A stretch of 64,000 nucleotides of DNA from Squalus acanthias (Eukaryota): positions 5,086,001 through 5,150,000 of the forward strand of contig JASTWF010000033.1 in NCBI GenBank assembly GCA_030390025.1. Reading direction: 5' to 3'. Below the pieces are notes generated by a model. That model saw only the letters and a list, made by a program, of their open reading frames with translations, did not search any database and had not been told where the DNA came from. Each line of letters opens with the position of its first letter. The first letter of the stretch is position 1. Both the position numbers and the translations under genes were made by a program. Shown piece after piece: positions 49,501 to 61,500 of the stretch.

Positions 49501-52500
49501 CTAGTCTTTTATTCCTCTTGTCTTTTATTCACTTGTCTTTTATTCCTCTTGTCTTTTATTCACTTGTCTTTTATTCCTCTTGTCTTTTATTTCTCTTGTC
49601 TATTATTCCTCTTGTCATTTATTCCTCCTGTCTTCTTTTCCTTTAGTCTTTTATTCCTCTTGTCTTTTATTCCTCTTGTCTTTTATTCCGCTTGTCTTTT
49701 ATTCCTCTTGTCTTTTATTCCTCTTGTCTTTTGATCCTTTCTCTTTTATTCCTCTTGTCTTTTATTACACTTGACTTTTATTCCTCTTGTCTTTTATTCC
49801 TGTTGCCTTTTATTCCGCTTGTCTATTATTCCTCTTGTCTTTTATTCCTCTTGTCTTTTATTCCGCTTGTCTTTTATTCCTCTTGTATTTTATTCTTTTT
49901 GTCTTTTATTCCCCTTGTCTTTTATTCCTCTTGTCTTTTATTCCATTTTCCTTTCATTCCTCTTGTCTTTTATTCTACTTTTCTTTTTTACCTCTTTCTT
50001 TTAATCCCCTCGTCTTTTATTCACCTTGTCTTTTATTCCCCTTATCTTTTATTGATCTTGTCTTTTATTCCTCTAGTCTTTTATTCACCTTGTCTTTTAT
50101 TCACTTGTCTTTTATTCCTCTTGTCTTTTATTTCTCTTGTCTATTCTTCCTCTTGTCATTTATTCCTCCTGTCTTCTTTTCCTTTTGACTTTTATTCCAC
50201 TTGTGTTTTATTCCTCTTGTCCTTTATTCCCCTTGTGTTTTAAGCCTCTTGTCTTTTATTCCTCTTTTATTTTATTCCTCTTGTCTTTTGTTCCGCCTTT
50301 TTATATTCCTCTTGTCTTTTATTCCCCTTGTCTTTTATTCCTCTCCTCTTTTATTCCTTTTTTCTGTTATTCATCTTGTCTTTTATTCCTCTTGTCGTTT
50401 ACTCCTCTTTTCTTTTATTACTCTTGTCTTTTATCCCTCTTGTATTTTTTATTCCTCTTGCATTTTATTCCTCTTTTCTTTTATTCCTCTTGTCTTTTAT
50501 TCCTCTTGTCTATTATTCTTCTTGTCTTTTATTCCTCTTTTCTTTTATTCCCCTTGTCTTTTATTCCTCTCGTCTTTTATTCACCTTGTCTTTTATTCCT
50601 CATGTCTTTTGTTCCTCTTGTCTTTTATTCCTTTTCTATTTTATTCATCTTGTCTTTTATTCCTCTTGTCTTTTATTCACTTGTCTTTTATTCCTTTTGT
50701 CTTTTATTCCTCTTGTCTTTTATCCCTCTTGTCTTTTATTTCCCTTGTATTTTTTCCTCATATCTTTTATTCGTTTTGTCTTTTATTACCCTTGTCTTTT
50801 ATTCCTGTTGTCTTTTATTCCCCTTGTCTTTTATTCCCCTTGACTTTTATTGGTCTTGTCTTTTATTCCTCTTGGCTTTTATTCACCTCTCTTTTATTCA
50901 TTTTGTCTATTATTCCTCTTGTCTTTTATTCCTCTTGTCTTTTATTCCTCTTGTCTTTTATTCCTCTAGTCTTTTATTATCCTTGTCTTTTATTCCTCTT
51001 GTCATTTATTTCCCTTGTCTTGTTTTCCCCATGTCTTTTATTCCTCTTGTCTTTTATTCACTTGTCTTTTCTTCCTTTTGTCTTTTATTCCTCTTGTCTT
51101 TTATTCCCTTGTCTTTTATTCCTCTTGTCTTTGATTCCTCTTGTCTTTTATTCCTCTTGTCTTTTATTCCCCTTGTCTTTTATTCCTCTTGTCTTTTATT
51201 CCTCTTGTCTTTTATTCCCCTTGTCTTTTATTCCTCTTTTCTTTTATTCCTCTTGTCTTTTATTCTACTTGTCTTTTTTACCTCTTGTCTTTTAATCCCC
51301 TCGTCTTTTATTCACCTTGTCTTTTATTCCCCTTGTCTTTTATTGATCTTGTCTTTTATTCCTCTAGTCTTTTATTCCTCTTGTCTTTTATTCACTTGTC
51401 TTTTATTCCTCTTGTCTTTTATTTCTCTTGTCTATTATTCCTCTTGTCATTTATTCCTCCTGTCTTCTTTTCCTTTAGTCTTTTATTCCTCTTGTGTTTT
51501 ATTCCACTTGTCCTTTATTCCCCTTGTCTTTTATTCCCCTTGTCTTTTATTGATCTTGTCTTTTATTCCTCTTGTCTTTTATTCCTGTTGCCTTTTATTC
51601 CGCTTGTCTATTATTCCTCTTGTCTTTTATTCCTCTTGTCTTTTATTCCGCTTGTCTTTTATTCCTCTTGTCTTTTATTCTTTTTGTCTTTTATTCTACA
51701 TGTCTTTTATTCCTCTTGTCTTTTATTCCACTTGTCTTTTATTCCCCTTGTCTTTTATTCCACTTGTCTTTTATTACACTTGTCTTTTATTCCTCTTGTC
51801 TTTTATTCCACTTGTCTTTTATTACACTTGTCTTTTATTCCTCTTGTCTTTTATTCCTCTTGTCTTTTATTACACTTGACTTTTATTCCTCTTGTCTTTT
51901 ATTCCTCTTGTCTTTTATTCCTCTTGTCTTTTATTCCTCTTGTCTTTTATTCCTCTTGTCTTTTATTCCTCTTGTCTTTTATTCCTCTTTGTCTTTTATT
52001 CCTCTTTGTCTTTTATTCTCTTGTCTTTTATTCCTCTTGTCTTTATTCCTCTTGTCTTTATTCCTCTTGTCTTTTATTCCTCTTGTCTTTTATTCTCTTG
52101 TCTTTTATTCTTCTTGTCTTTTATTCCTCTATGTCTTTATTCCTCTTGTCTTTTATTCCTCTTGTCTTTTATTCTCTTGCTTTTATTCCTCTTGTCTTTT
52201 TTTCCTCTTGTCTTTAATCCTCTTGTATTTATTCCTCTTGTATTTATTCCCCTCTGTCTTTTATTCTCTTGTCTTTTATTCCTCTTGACTTTTATTCCTC
52301 TTGTCTTTTATTCTCTTGTCTTTTATTCCTCTTGTCTTTTATTCCCTCTTGTCTTTTATTCTCTTGTCTTTTATTCCTCTTGTATTTTATTCCTCCTTGG
52401 CTTTTATTCCTCTTGTCTTTTATTCCTCTTGTCTTTTATTCCCTTGTCCTTTTATCTCCCTTGTTTTTATTCCTCTTGTCTTTTTTTCCTCTTGTCTTTT

Positions 52501-55500
52501 ATTCCTCTTGTCTTTTATTCCTCTTGTCTTTTATTCCTCTTGTCTTTTATTCCTCTTGTCTTTTATTCCTCTTGTCTTTTATTCCTCTTGTCTTTTATTC
52601 CTCTTGTCTTTTATTCCTCTTGTCTTTTATTCCTCTTGTCTTTTATTCCTCTTGTCTTTTATTCCTCTTGTCTTTTATTCCTCTTGTCTTTTATTCCTCT
52701 TGTCTTTTATTCCTCTTGTCTTTTATTCCTTGTCTTTTATTCCTCTTGTCTTTTATTCCTCTTGTCTTTTATTCCACTTGTCTTTTATTCCTCTTGTCTT
52801 TTATTCCTCTTGTCTTTTATTCCTCTTGTCTTTTATTCCTCTTGTCTTTTATTCCTCTTGTCTTTTATTCCTCTTGTCTTTTATTCCTCTTGTCTTTTAT
52901 TCCTCTTGTCTTTTATTCCTCTTGTCTTTTATTCCTCTTGTCTTTTATTCCTCTTGTCTTTTATTCCTCTTGTCTTTTATTCCTCTTGTCTTTTATTCCT
53001 CTTGTCTTTATTCCTCTGTCTTTATTCCTCATGTCTTTTATTATTCATGTCTTTTATTCCTCTTGTCTTTTATTACTCATGTCTTTTATTCCTCTTGTCT
53101 TTTATTCCTCATTACTTTTATTCCTCTTGTCTTTTATTCCGCTTGTCTTTTATTCCTCTTGTCTTTTATTCCTCTTGTCTTTTATTCCTCTTGTCTTTTA
53201 TTCCTCTTGTCTTTTATTCCTCTTGTCTTTTATTCCTCTTGTCTTTTATTCCTCTTGTCTTTTATTCCTCTTGTCTTTTATTCCTCTTGTCTTTTATTCC
53301 TCTTGTCTTTTATTCCTCTTGTCTTTTATTCCTCTTGTCTTTTATTCCTCTTGTCTTTTATTCCTCTTGTCTTTTATTCCTCTTGTCTTTTATTCCTCTT
53401 GTCTTTTATTCCTCTTGTCTTTTATTCCTCTTGTCTTTTATTCCTCTTGTCTTTTATTCCTCTTGTCTTTTATTCCTCTTGTCTTTTATTCCTCTTGTCT
53501 TTTATTCCTCTTGTCTTTTATTCCTCTTGTCTTTTATTCCTCTTGTCTTTTATTCCTCTTGTCTTTTATTCCTCTTGTCTTTTATTCCTCTTGTCTTTTA
53601 TTCCTCTTGTCTTTTATTCCTCTTGTCTTTTATTCCTCTTGTCTTTTATTCCTCTTGTCTTTTATTCCTCTTGTCTTTTATTCCTCTTGTCTTTTATTCC
53701 TCTTGTCTTTTATTCCTCTTGTCTTTTATTCCTCTTGTCTTTTATTCCTCTTGTCTTTTATTCCTCTTGTCTTTTATTCCTCTTGTCTTTTATTCCTCTT
53801 GTCTTTTATTCCTCTTGTCTTTTATTCCTCTTGTCTTTTATTCCTCTTGTCTTTTATTCCTCTTGTCTTTTATTCCTCTTGTCTTTTATTCCTCTTGTCT
53901 TTTATTCCTCTTGTCTTTTATTCCTCTTGTCTTTTATTCCTCTTGTCTTTTATTCCTCTTGTCTTTTATTCCTCTTGTCTTTTATTCCTCTTGTCTTTTA
54001 TTCCTCTTGTCTTTTATTCCTCTTGTCTTTTATTCCTCTTGTCTTTTATTCCTCTTGTCTTTTATTCCTCTTGTCTTTTATTCCTCTTGTCTTTTATTCC
54101 TCTTGTCTTTTATTCCTCTTGTCTTTTATTCCTCTTGTCTTTTATTCCTCTTGTCTTTTATTCCTCTTGTCTTTTATTCCTCTTGTCTTTTATTCCTCTT
54201 GTCTTTTATTCCTCTTGTCTTTTATTCCTCTTGTCTTTTATTCCTCTTGTCTTTTATTCCTCTTGTCTTTTATTCCTCTTGTCTTTTATTCCTCTTGTCT
54301 TTTATTCCTCTTGTCTTTTATTCCTCTTGTCTTTTATTCCTCTTGTCTTTTATTCCTCTTGTCTTTTATTCCTCTTGTCTTTTATTCCTCTTGTCTTTTA
54401 TTCCTCTTGTCTTTTATTCCTCTTGTCTTTTATTCCTCTTGTCTTTTATTCCTCTTGTCTTTTATTCCTCTTGTCTTTTATTCCTCTTGTCTTTTATTCC
54501 TCTTGTCTTTTATTCCTCTTGTCTTTTATTCCTCTTGTCTTTTATTCCTCTTGTCTTTTATTCCTCTTGTCTTTTATTCCTCTTGTCTTTTATTCCTCTT
54601 GTCTTTTATTCCTCTTGTCTTTTATTCCTCTTGTCTTTTATTCCTCTTGTCTTTTATTCCTCTTGTCTTTTATTCCTCTTGTCTTTTATTCCTCTTGTCT
54701 TTTATTCCTCTTGTCTTTTATTCCTCTTGTCTTTTATTCCTCTTGTCTTTTATTCCTCTTGTCTTTTATTCCTCTTGTCTTTTATTCCTCTTGTCTTTTA
54801 TTCCTCTTGTCTTTTATTCCTCTTGTCTTTTATTCCTCTTGTCTTTTATTCCTCTTGTCTTTTATTCCTCTTGTCTTTTATTCCTCTTGTCTTTTATTCC
54901 TCTTGTCTTTTATTCCTCTTGTCTTTTATTCCTCTTGTCTTTTATTCCTCTTGTCTTTTATTCCTCTTGTCTTTTATTCCTCTTGTCTTTTATTCCTCTT
55001 GTCTTTTATTCCTCTTGTCTTTTATTCCTCTTGTCTTTTATTCCTCTTGTCTTTTATTCCTCTTGTCTTTTATTCCTCTTGTCTTTTATTCCTCTTGTCT
55101 TTTATTCCTCTTGTCTTTTATTCCTCTTGTCTTTTATTCCTCTTGTCTTTTATTCCTCTTGTCTTTTATTCCTCTTGTCTTTTATTCCTCTTGTCTTTTA
55201 TTCCTCTTGTCTTTTATTCCTCTTGTCTTTTATTCCTCTTGTCTTTTATTCCTCTTGTCTTTTATTCCTCTTGTCTTTTATTCCTCTTGTCTTTTATTCC
55301 TCTTGTCTTTTATTCCTCTTGTCTTTTATTCCTCTTGTCTTTTATTCCTCTTGTCTTTTATTCCTCTTGTCTTTTATTCCTCTTGTCTTTTATTCCTCTT
55401 GTCTTTTATTCCTCTTGTCTTTTATTCCTCTTGTCTTTTATTCCTCTTGTCTTTTATTCCTCTTGTCTTTTATTCCTCTTGTCTTTTATTCCTCTTGTCT

Positions 55501-58500
55501 TTTATTCCTCTTGTCTTTTATTCCTCTTGTCTTTTATTCCTCTTGTCTTTTATTCCTCTTGTCTTTTATTCCTCTTGTCTTTTATTCCTCTTGTCTTTTA
55601 TTCCTCTTGTCTTTTATTCCTCTTGTCTTTTATTCCTCTTGTCTTTTATTCCTCTTGTCTTTTATTCCTCTTGTCTTTTATTCCTCTTGTCTTTTATTCC
55701 TCTTGTCTTTTATTCCTCTTGTCTTTTATTCCTCTTGTCTTTTATTCCTCTTGTCTTTTATTCCTCTTGTCTTTTATTCCTCTTGTCTTTTATTCCTCTT
55801 GTCTTTTATTCCTCTTGTCTTTTATTCCTCTTGTCTTTTATTCCTCTTGTCTTTTATTCCTCTTGTCTTTTATTCCTCTTGTCTTTTATTCCTCTTGTCT
55901 TTTATTCCTCTTGTCTTTTATTCCTCTTGTCTTTTATTCCTCTTGTCTTTTATTCCTCTTGTCTTTTATTCCTCTTGTCTTTTATTCCTCTTGTCTTTTA
56001 TTCCTCTTGTCTTTTATTCCTCTTGTCTTTTATTCCTCTTGTCTTTTATTCCTCTTGTCTTTTATTCCTCTTGTCTTTTATTCCTCTTGTCTTTTATTCC
56101 TCTTGTCTTTTATTCCTCTTGTCTTTTATTCCTCTTGTCTTTTATTCCTCTTGTCTTTTATTCCTCTTGTCTTTTATTCCTCTTGTCTTTTATTCCTCTT
56201 GTCTTTTATTCCTCTTGTCTTTTATTCCTCTTGTCTTTTATTCCTCTTGTCTTTTATTCCTCTTGTCTTTTATTCCTCTTGTCTTTTATTCCTCTTGTCT
56301 TTTATTCCTCTTGTCTTTTATTCCTCTTGTCTTTTATTCCTCTTGTCTTTTATTCCTCTTGTCTTTTATTCCTCTTGTCTTTTATTCCTCTTGTCTTTTA
56401 TTCCTCTTGTCTTTTATTCCTCTTGTCTTTTATTCCTCTTGTCTTTTATTCCTCTTGTCTTTTATTCCTCTTGTCTTTTATTCCTCTTGTCTTTTATTCC
56501 TCTTGTCTTTTATTCCTCTTGTCTTTTATTCCTCTTGTCTTTTATTCCTCTTGTCTTTTATTCCTCTTGTCTTTTATTCCTCTTGTCTTTTATTCCTCTT
56601 GTCTTTTATTCCTCTTGTCTTTTATTCCTCTTGTCTTTTATTCCTCTTGTCTTTTATTCCTCTTGTCTTTTATTCCTCTTGTCTTTTATTCCTCTTGTCT
56701 TTTATTCCTCTTGTCTTTTATTCCTCTTGTCTTTTATTCCTCTTGTCTTTTATTCCTCTTGTCTTTTATTCCTCTTGTCTTTTATTCCTCTTGTCTTTTA
56801 TTCCTCTTGTCTTTTATTCCTCTTGTCTTTTATTCCTCTTGTCTTTTATTCCTCTTGTCTTTTATTCCTCTTGTCTTTTATTCCTCTTGTCTTTTATTCC
56901 TCTTGTCTTTTATTCCTCTTGTCTTTTATTCCTCTTGTCTTTTATTCCTCTTGTCTTTTATTCCTCTTGTCTTTTATTCCTCTTGTCTTTTATTCCTCTT
57001 GTCTTTTATTCCTCTTGTCTTTTATTCCTCTTGTCTTTTATTCCTCTTGTCTTTTATTCCTCTTGTCTTTTATTCCTCTTGTCTTTTATTCCTCTTGTCT
57101 TTTATTCCTCTTGTCTTTTATTCCTCTTGTCTTTTATTCCTCTTGTCTTTTATTCCTCTTGTCTTTTATTCCTCTTGTCTTTTATTCCTCTTGTCTTTTA
57201 TTCCTCTTGTCTTTTATTCCTCTTGTCTTTTATTCCTCTTGTCTTTTATTCCTCTTGTCTTTTATTCCTCTTGTCTTTTATTCCTCTTGTCTTTTATTCC
57301 TCTTGTCTTTTATTCCTCTTGTCTTTTATTCCTCTTGTCTTTTATTCCTCTTGTCTTTTATTCCTCTTGTCTTTTATTCCTCTTGTCTTTTATTCCTCTT
57401 GTCTTTTATTCCTCTTGTCTTTTATTCCTCTTGTCTTTTATTCCTCTTGTCTTTTATTCCTCTTGTCTTTTATTCCTCTTGTCTTTTATTCCTCTTGTCT
57501 TTTATTCCTCTTGTCTTTTATTCCTCTTGTCTTTTATTCCTCTTGTCTTTTATTCCTCTTGTCTTTTATTCCTCTTGTCTTTTATTCCTCTTGTCTTTTA
57601 TTCCTCTTGTCTTTTATTCCTCTTGTCTTTTATTCCTCTTGTCTTTTATTCCTCTTGTCTTTTATTCCTCTTGTCTTTTATTCCTCTTGTCTTTTATTCC
57701 TCTTGTCTTTTATTCCTCTTGTCTTTTATTCCTCTTGTCTTTTATTCCTCTTGTCTTTTATTCCTCTTGTCTTTTATTCCTCTTGTCTTTTATTCCTCTT
57801 GTCTTTTATTCCTCTTGTCTTTTATTCCTCTTGTCTTTTATTCCTCTTGTCTTTTATTCCTCTTGTCTTTTATTCCTCTTGTCTTTTATTCCTCTTGTCT
57901 TTTATTCCTCTTGTCTTTTATTCCTCTTGTCTTTTATTCCTCTTGTCTTTTATTCCTCTTGTCTTTTATTCCTCTTGTCTTTTATTCCTCTTGTCTTTTA
58001 TTCCTCTTGTCTTTTATTCCTCTTGTCTTTTATTCCTCTTGTCTTTTATTCCTCTTGTCTTTTATTCCTCTTGTCTTTTATTCCTCTTGTCTTTTATTCC
58101 TCTTGTCTTTTATTCCTCTTGTCTTTTATTCCTCTTGTCTTTTATTCCTCTTGTCTTTTATTCCTCTTGTCTTTTATTCCTCTTGTCTTTTATTCCTCTT
58201 GTCTTTTATTCCTCTTGTCTTTTATTCCTCTTGTCTTTTATTCCTCTTGTCTTTTATTCCTCTTGTCTTTTATTCCTCTTGTCTTTTATTCCTCTTGTCT
58301 TTTATTCCTCTTGTCTTTTATTCCTCTTGTCTTTTATTCCTCTTGTCTTTTATTCCTCTTGTCTTTTATTCCTCTTGTCTTTTATTCCTCTTGTCTTTTA
58401 TTCCTCTTGTCTTTTATTCCTCTTGTCTTTTATTCCTCTTGTCTTTTATTCCTCTTGTCTTTTATTCCTCTTGTCTTTTATTCCTCTTGTCTTTTATTCC

Positions 58501-61500
58501 TCTTGTCTTTTATTCCTCTTGTCTTTTATTCCTCTTGTCTTTTATTCCTCTTGTCTTTTATTCCTCTTGTCTTTTATTCCTCTTGTCTTTTATTCCTCTT
58601 GTCTTTTATTCCTCTTGTCTTTTATTCCTCTTGTCTTTTATTCCTCTTGTCTTTTATTCCTCTTGTCTTTTATTCCTCTTGTCTTTTATTCCTCTTGTCT
58701 TTTATTCCTCTTGTCTTTTATTCCTCTTGTCTTTTATTCCTCTTGTCTTTTATTCCTCTTGTCTTTTATTCCTCTTGTCTTTTATTCCTCTTGTCTTTTA
58801 TTCCTCTTGTCTTTTATTCCTCTTGTCTTTTATTCCTCTTGTCTTTTATTCCTCTTGTCTTTTATTCCTCTTGTCTTTTATTCCTCTTGTCTTTTATTCC
58901 TCTTGTCTTTTATTCCTCTTGTCTTTTATTCCTCTTGTCTTTTATTCCTCTTGTCTTTTATTCCTCTTGTCTTTTATTCCTCTTGTCTTTTATTCCTCTT
59001 GTCTTTTATTCCTCTTGTCTTTTATTCCTCTTGTCTTTTATTCCTCTTGTCTTTTATTCCTCTTGTCTTTTATTCCTCTTGTCTTTTATTCCTCTTGTCT
59101 TTTATTCCTCTTGTCTTTTATTCCTCTTGTCTTTTATTCCTCTTGTCTTTTATTCCTCTTGTCTTTTATTCCTCTTGTCTTTTATTCCTCTTGTCTTTTA
59201 TTCCTCTTGTCTTTTATTCCTCTTGTCTTTTATTCCTCTTGTCTTTTATTCCTCTTGTCTTTTATTCCTCTTGTCTTTTATTCCTCTTGTCTTTTATTCC
59301 TCTTGTCTTTTATTCCTCTTGTCTTTTATTCCTCTTGTCTTTTATTCCTCTTGTCTTTTATTCCTCTTGTCTTTTATTCCTCTTGTCTTTTATTCCTCTT
59401 GTCTTTTATTCCTCTTGTCTTTTATTCCTCTTGTCTTTTATTCCTCTTGTCTTTTATTCCTCTTGTCTTTTATTCCTCTTGTCTTTTATTCCTCTTGTCT
59501 TTTATTCCTCTTGTCTTTTATTCCTCTTGTCTTTTATTCCTCTTGTCTTTTATTCCTCTTGTCTTTTATTCCTCTTGTCTTTTATTCCTCTTGTCTTTTA
59601 TTCCTCTTGTCTTTTATTCCTCTTGTCTTTTATTCCTCTTGTCTTTTATTCCTCTTGTCTTTTATTCCTCTTGTCTTTTATTCCTCTTGTCTTTTATTCC
59701 TCTTGTCTTTTATTCCTCTTGTCTTTTATTCCTCTTGTCTTTTATTCCTCTTGTCTTTTATTCCTCTTGTCTTTTATTCCTCTTGTCTTTTATTCCTCTT
59801 GTCTTTTATTCCTCTTGTCTTTTATTCCTCTTGTCTTTTATTCCTCTTGTCTTTTATTCCTCTTGTCTTTTATTCCTCTTGTCTTTTATTCCTCTTGTCT
59901 TTTATTCCTCTTGTCTTTTATTCCTCTTGTCTTTTATTCCTCTTGTCTTTTATTCCTCTTGTCTTTTATTCCTCTTGTCTTTTATTCCTCTTGTCTTTTA
60001 TTCCTCTTGTCTTTTATTCCTCTTGTCTTTTATTCCTCTTGTCTTTTATTCCTCTTGTCTTTTATTCCTCTTGTCTTTTATTCCTCTTGTCTTTTATTCC
60101 TCTTGTCTTTTATTCCTCTTGTCTTTTATTCCTCTTGTCTTTTATTCCTCTTGTCTTTTATTCCTCTTGTCTTTTATTCCTCTTGTCTTTTATTCCTCTT
60201 GTCTTTTATTCCTCTTGTCTTTTATTCCTCTTGTCTTTTATTCCTCTTGTCTTTTATTCCTCTTGTCTTTTATTCCTCTTGTCTTTTATTCCTCTTGTCT
60301 TTTATTCCTCTTGTCTTTTATTCCTCTTGTCTTTTATTCCTCTTGTCTTTTATTCCTCTTGTCTTTTATTCCTCTTGTCTTTTATTCCTCTTGTCTTTTA
60401 TTCCTCTTGTCTTTTATTCCTCTTGTCTTTTATTCCTCTTGTCTTTTATTCCTCTTGTCTTTTATTCCTCTTGTCTTTTATTCCTCTTGTCTTTTATTCC
60501 TCTTGTCTTTTATTCCTCTTGTCTTTTATTCCTCTTGTCTTTTATTCCTCTTGTCTTTTATTCCTCTTGTCTTTTATTCCTCTTGTCTTTTATTCCTCTT
60601 GTCTTTTATTCCTCTTGTCTTTTATTCCTCTTGTCTTTTATTCCTCTTGTCTTTTATTCCTCTTGTCTTTTATTCCTCTTGTCTTTTATTCCTCTTGTCT
60701 TTTATTCCTCTTGTCTTTTATTCCTCTTGTCTTTTATTCCTCTTGTCTTTTATTCCTCTTGTCTTTTATTCCTCTTGTCTTTTATTCCTCTTGTCTTTTA
60801 TTCCTCTTGTCTTTTATTCCTCTTGTCTTTTATTCCTCTTGTCTTTTATTCCTCTTGTCTTTTATTCCTCTTGTCTTTTATTCCTCTTGTCTTTTATTCC
60901 TCTTGTCTTTTATTCCTCTTGTCTTTTATTCCTCTTGTCTTTTATTCCTCTTGTCTTTTATTCCTCTTGTCTTTTATTCCTCTTGTCTTTTATTCCTCTT
61001 GTCTTTTATTCCTCTTGTCTTTTATTCCTCTTGTCTTTTATTCCTCTTGTCTTTTATTCCTCTTGTCTTTTATTCCTCTTGTCTTTTATTCCTCTTGTCT
61101 TTTATTCCTCTTGTCTTTTATTCCTCTTGTCTTTTATTCCTCTTGTCTTTTATTCCTCTTGTCTTTTATTCCTCTTGTCTTTTATTCCTCTTGTCTTTTA
61201 TTCCTCTTGTCTTTTATTCCTCTTGTCTTTTATTCCTCTTGTCTTTTATTCCTCTTGTCTTTTATTCCTCTTGTCTTTTATTCCTCTTGTCTTTTATTCC
61301 TCTTGTCTTTTATTCCTCTTGTCTTTTATTCCTCTTGTCTTTTATTCCTCTTGTCTTTTATTCCTCTTGTCTTTTATTCCTCTTGTCTTTTATTCCTCTT
61401 GTCTTTTATTCCTCTTGTCTTTTATTCCTCTTGTCTTTTATTCCTCTTGTCTTTTATTCCTCTTGTCTTTTATTCCTCTTGTCTTTTATTCCTCTTGTCT

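Noticed and set aside
37566..52288. Dozens of long hydrophobic ORFs (up to 1263 aa)
   Set aside because: They are translations of the 16-bp satellite, whose consensus has no stop codons on the + strand; all three frames give the same periodic peptide.
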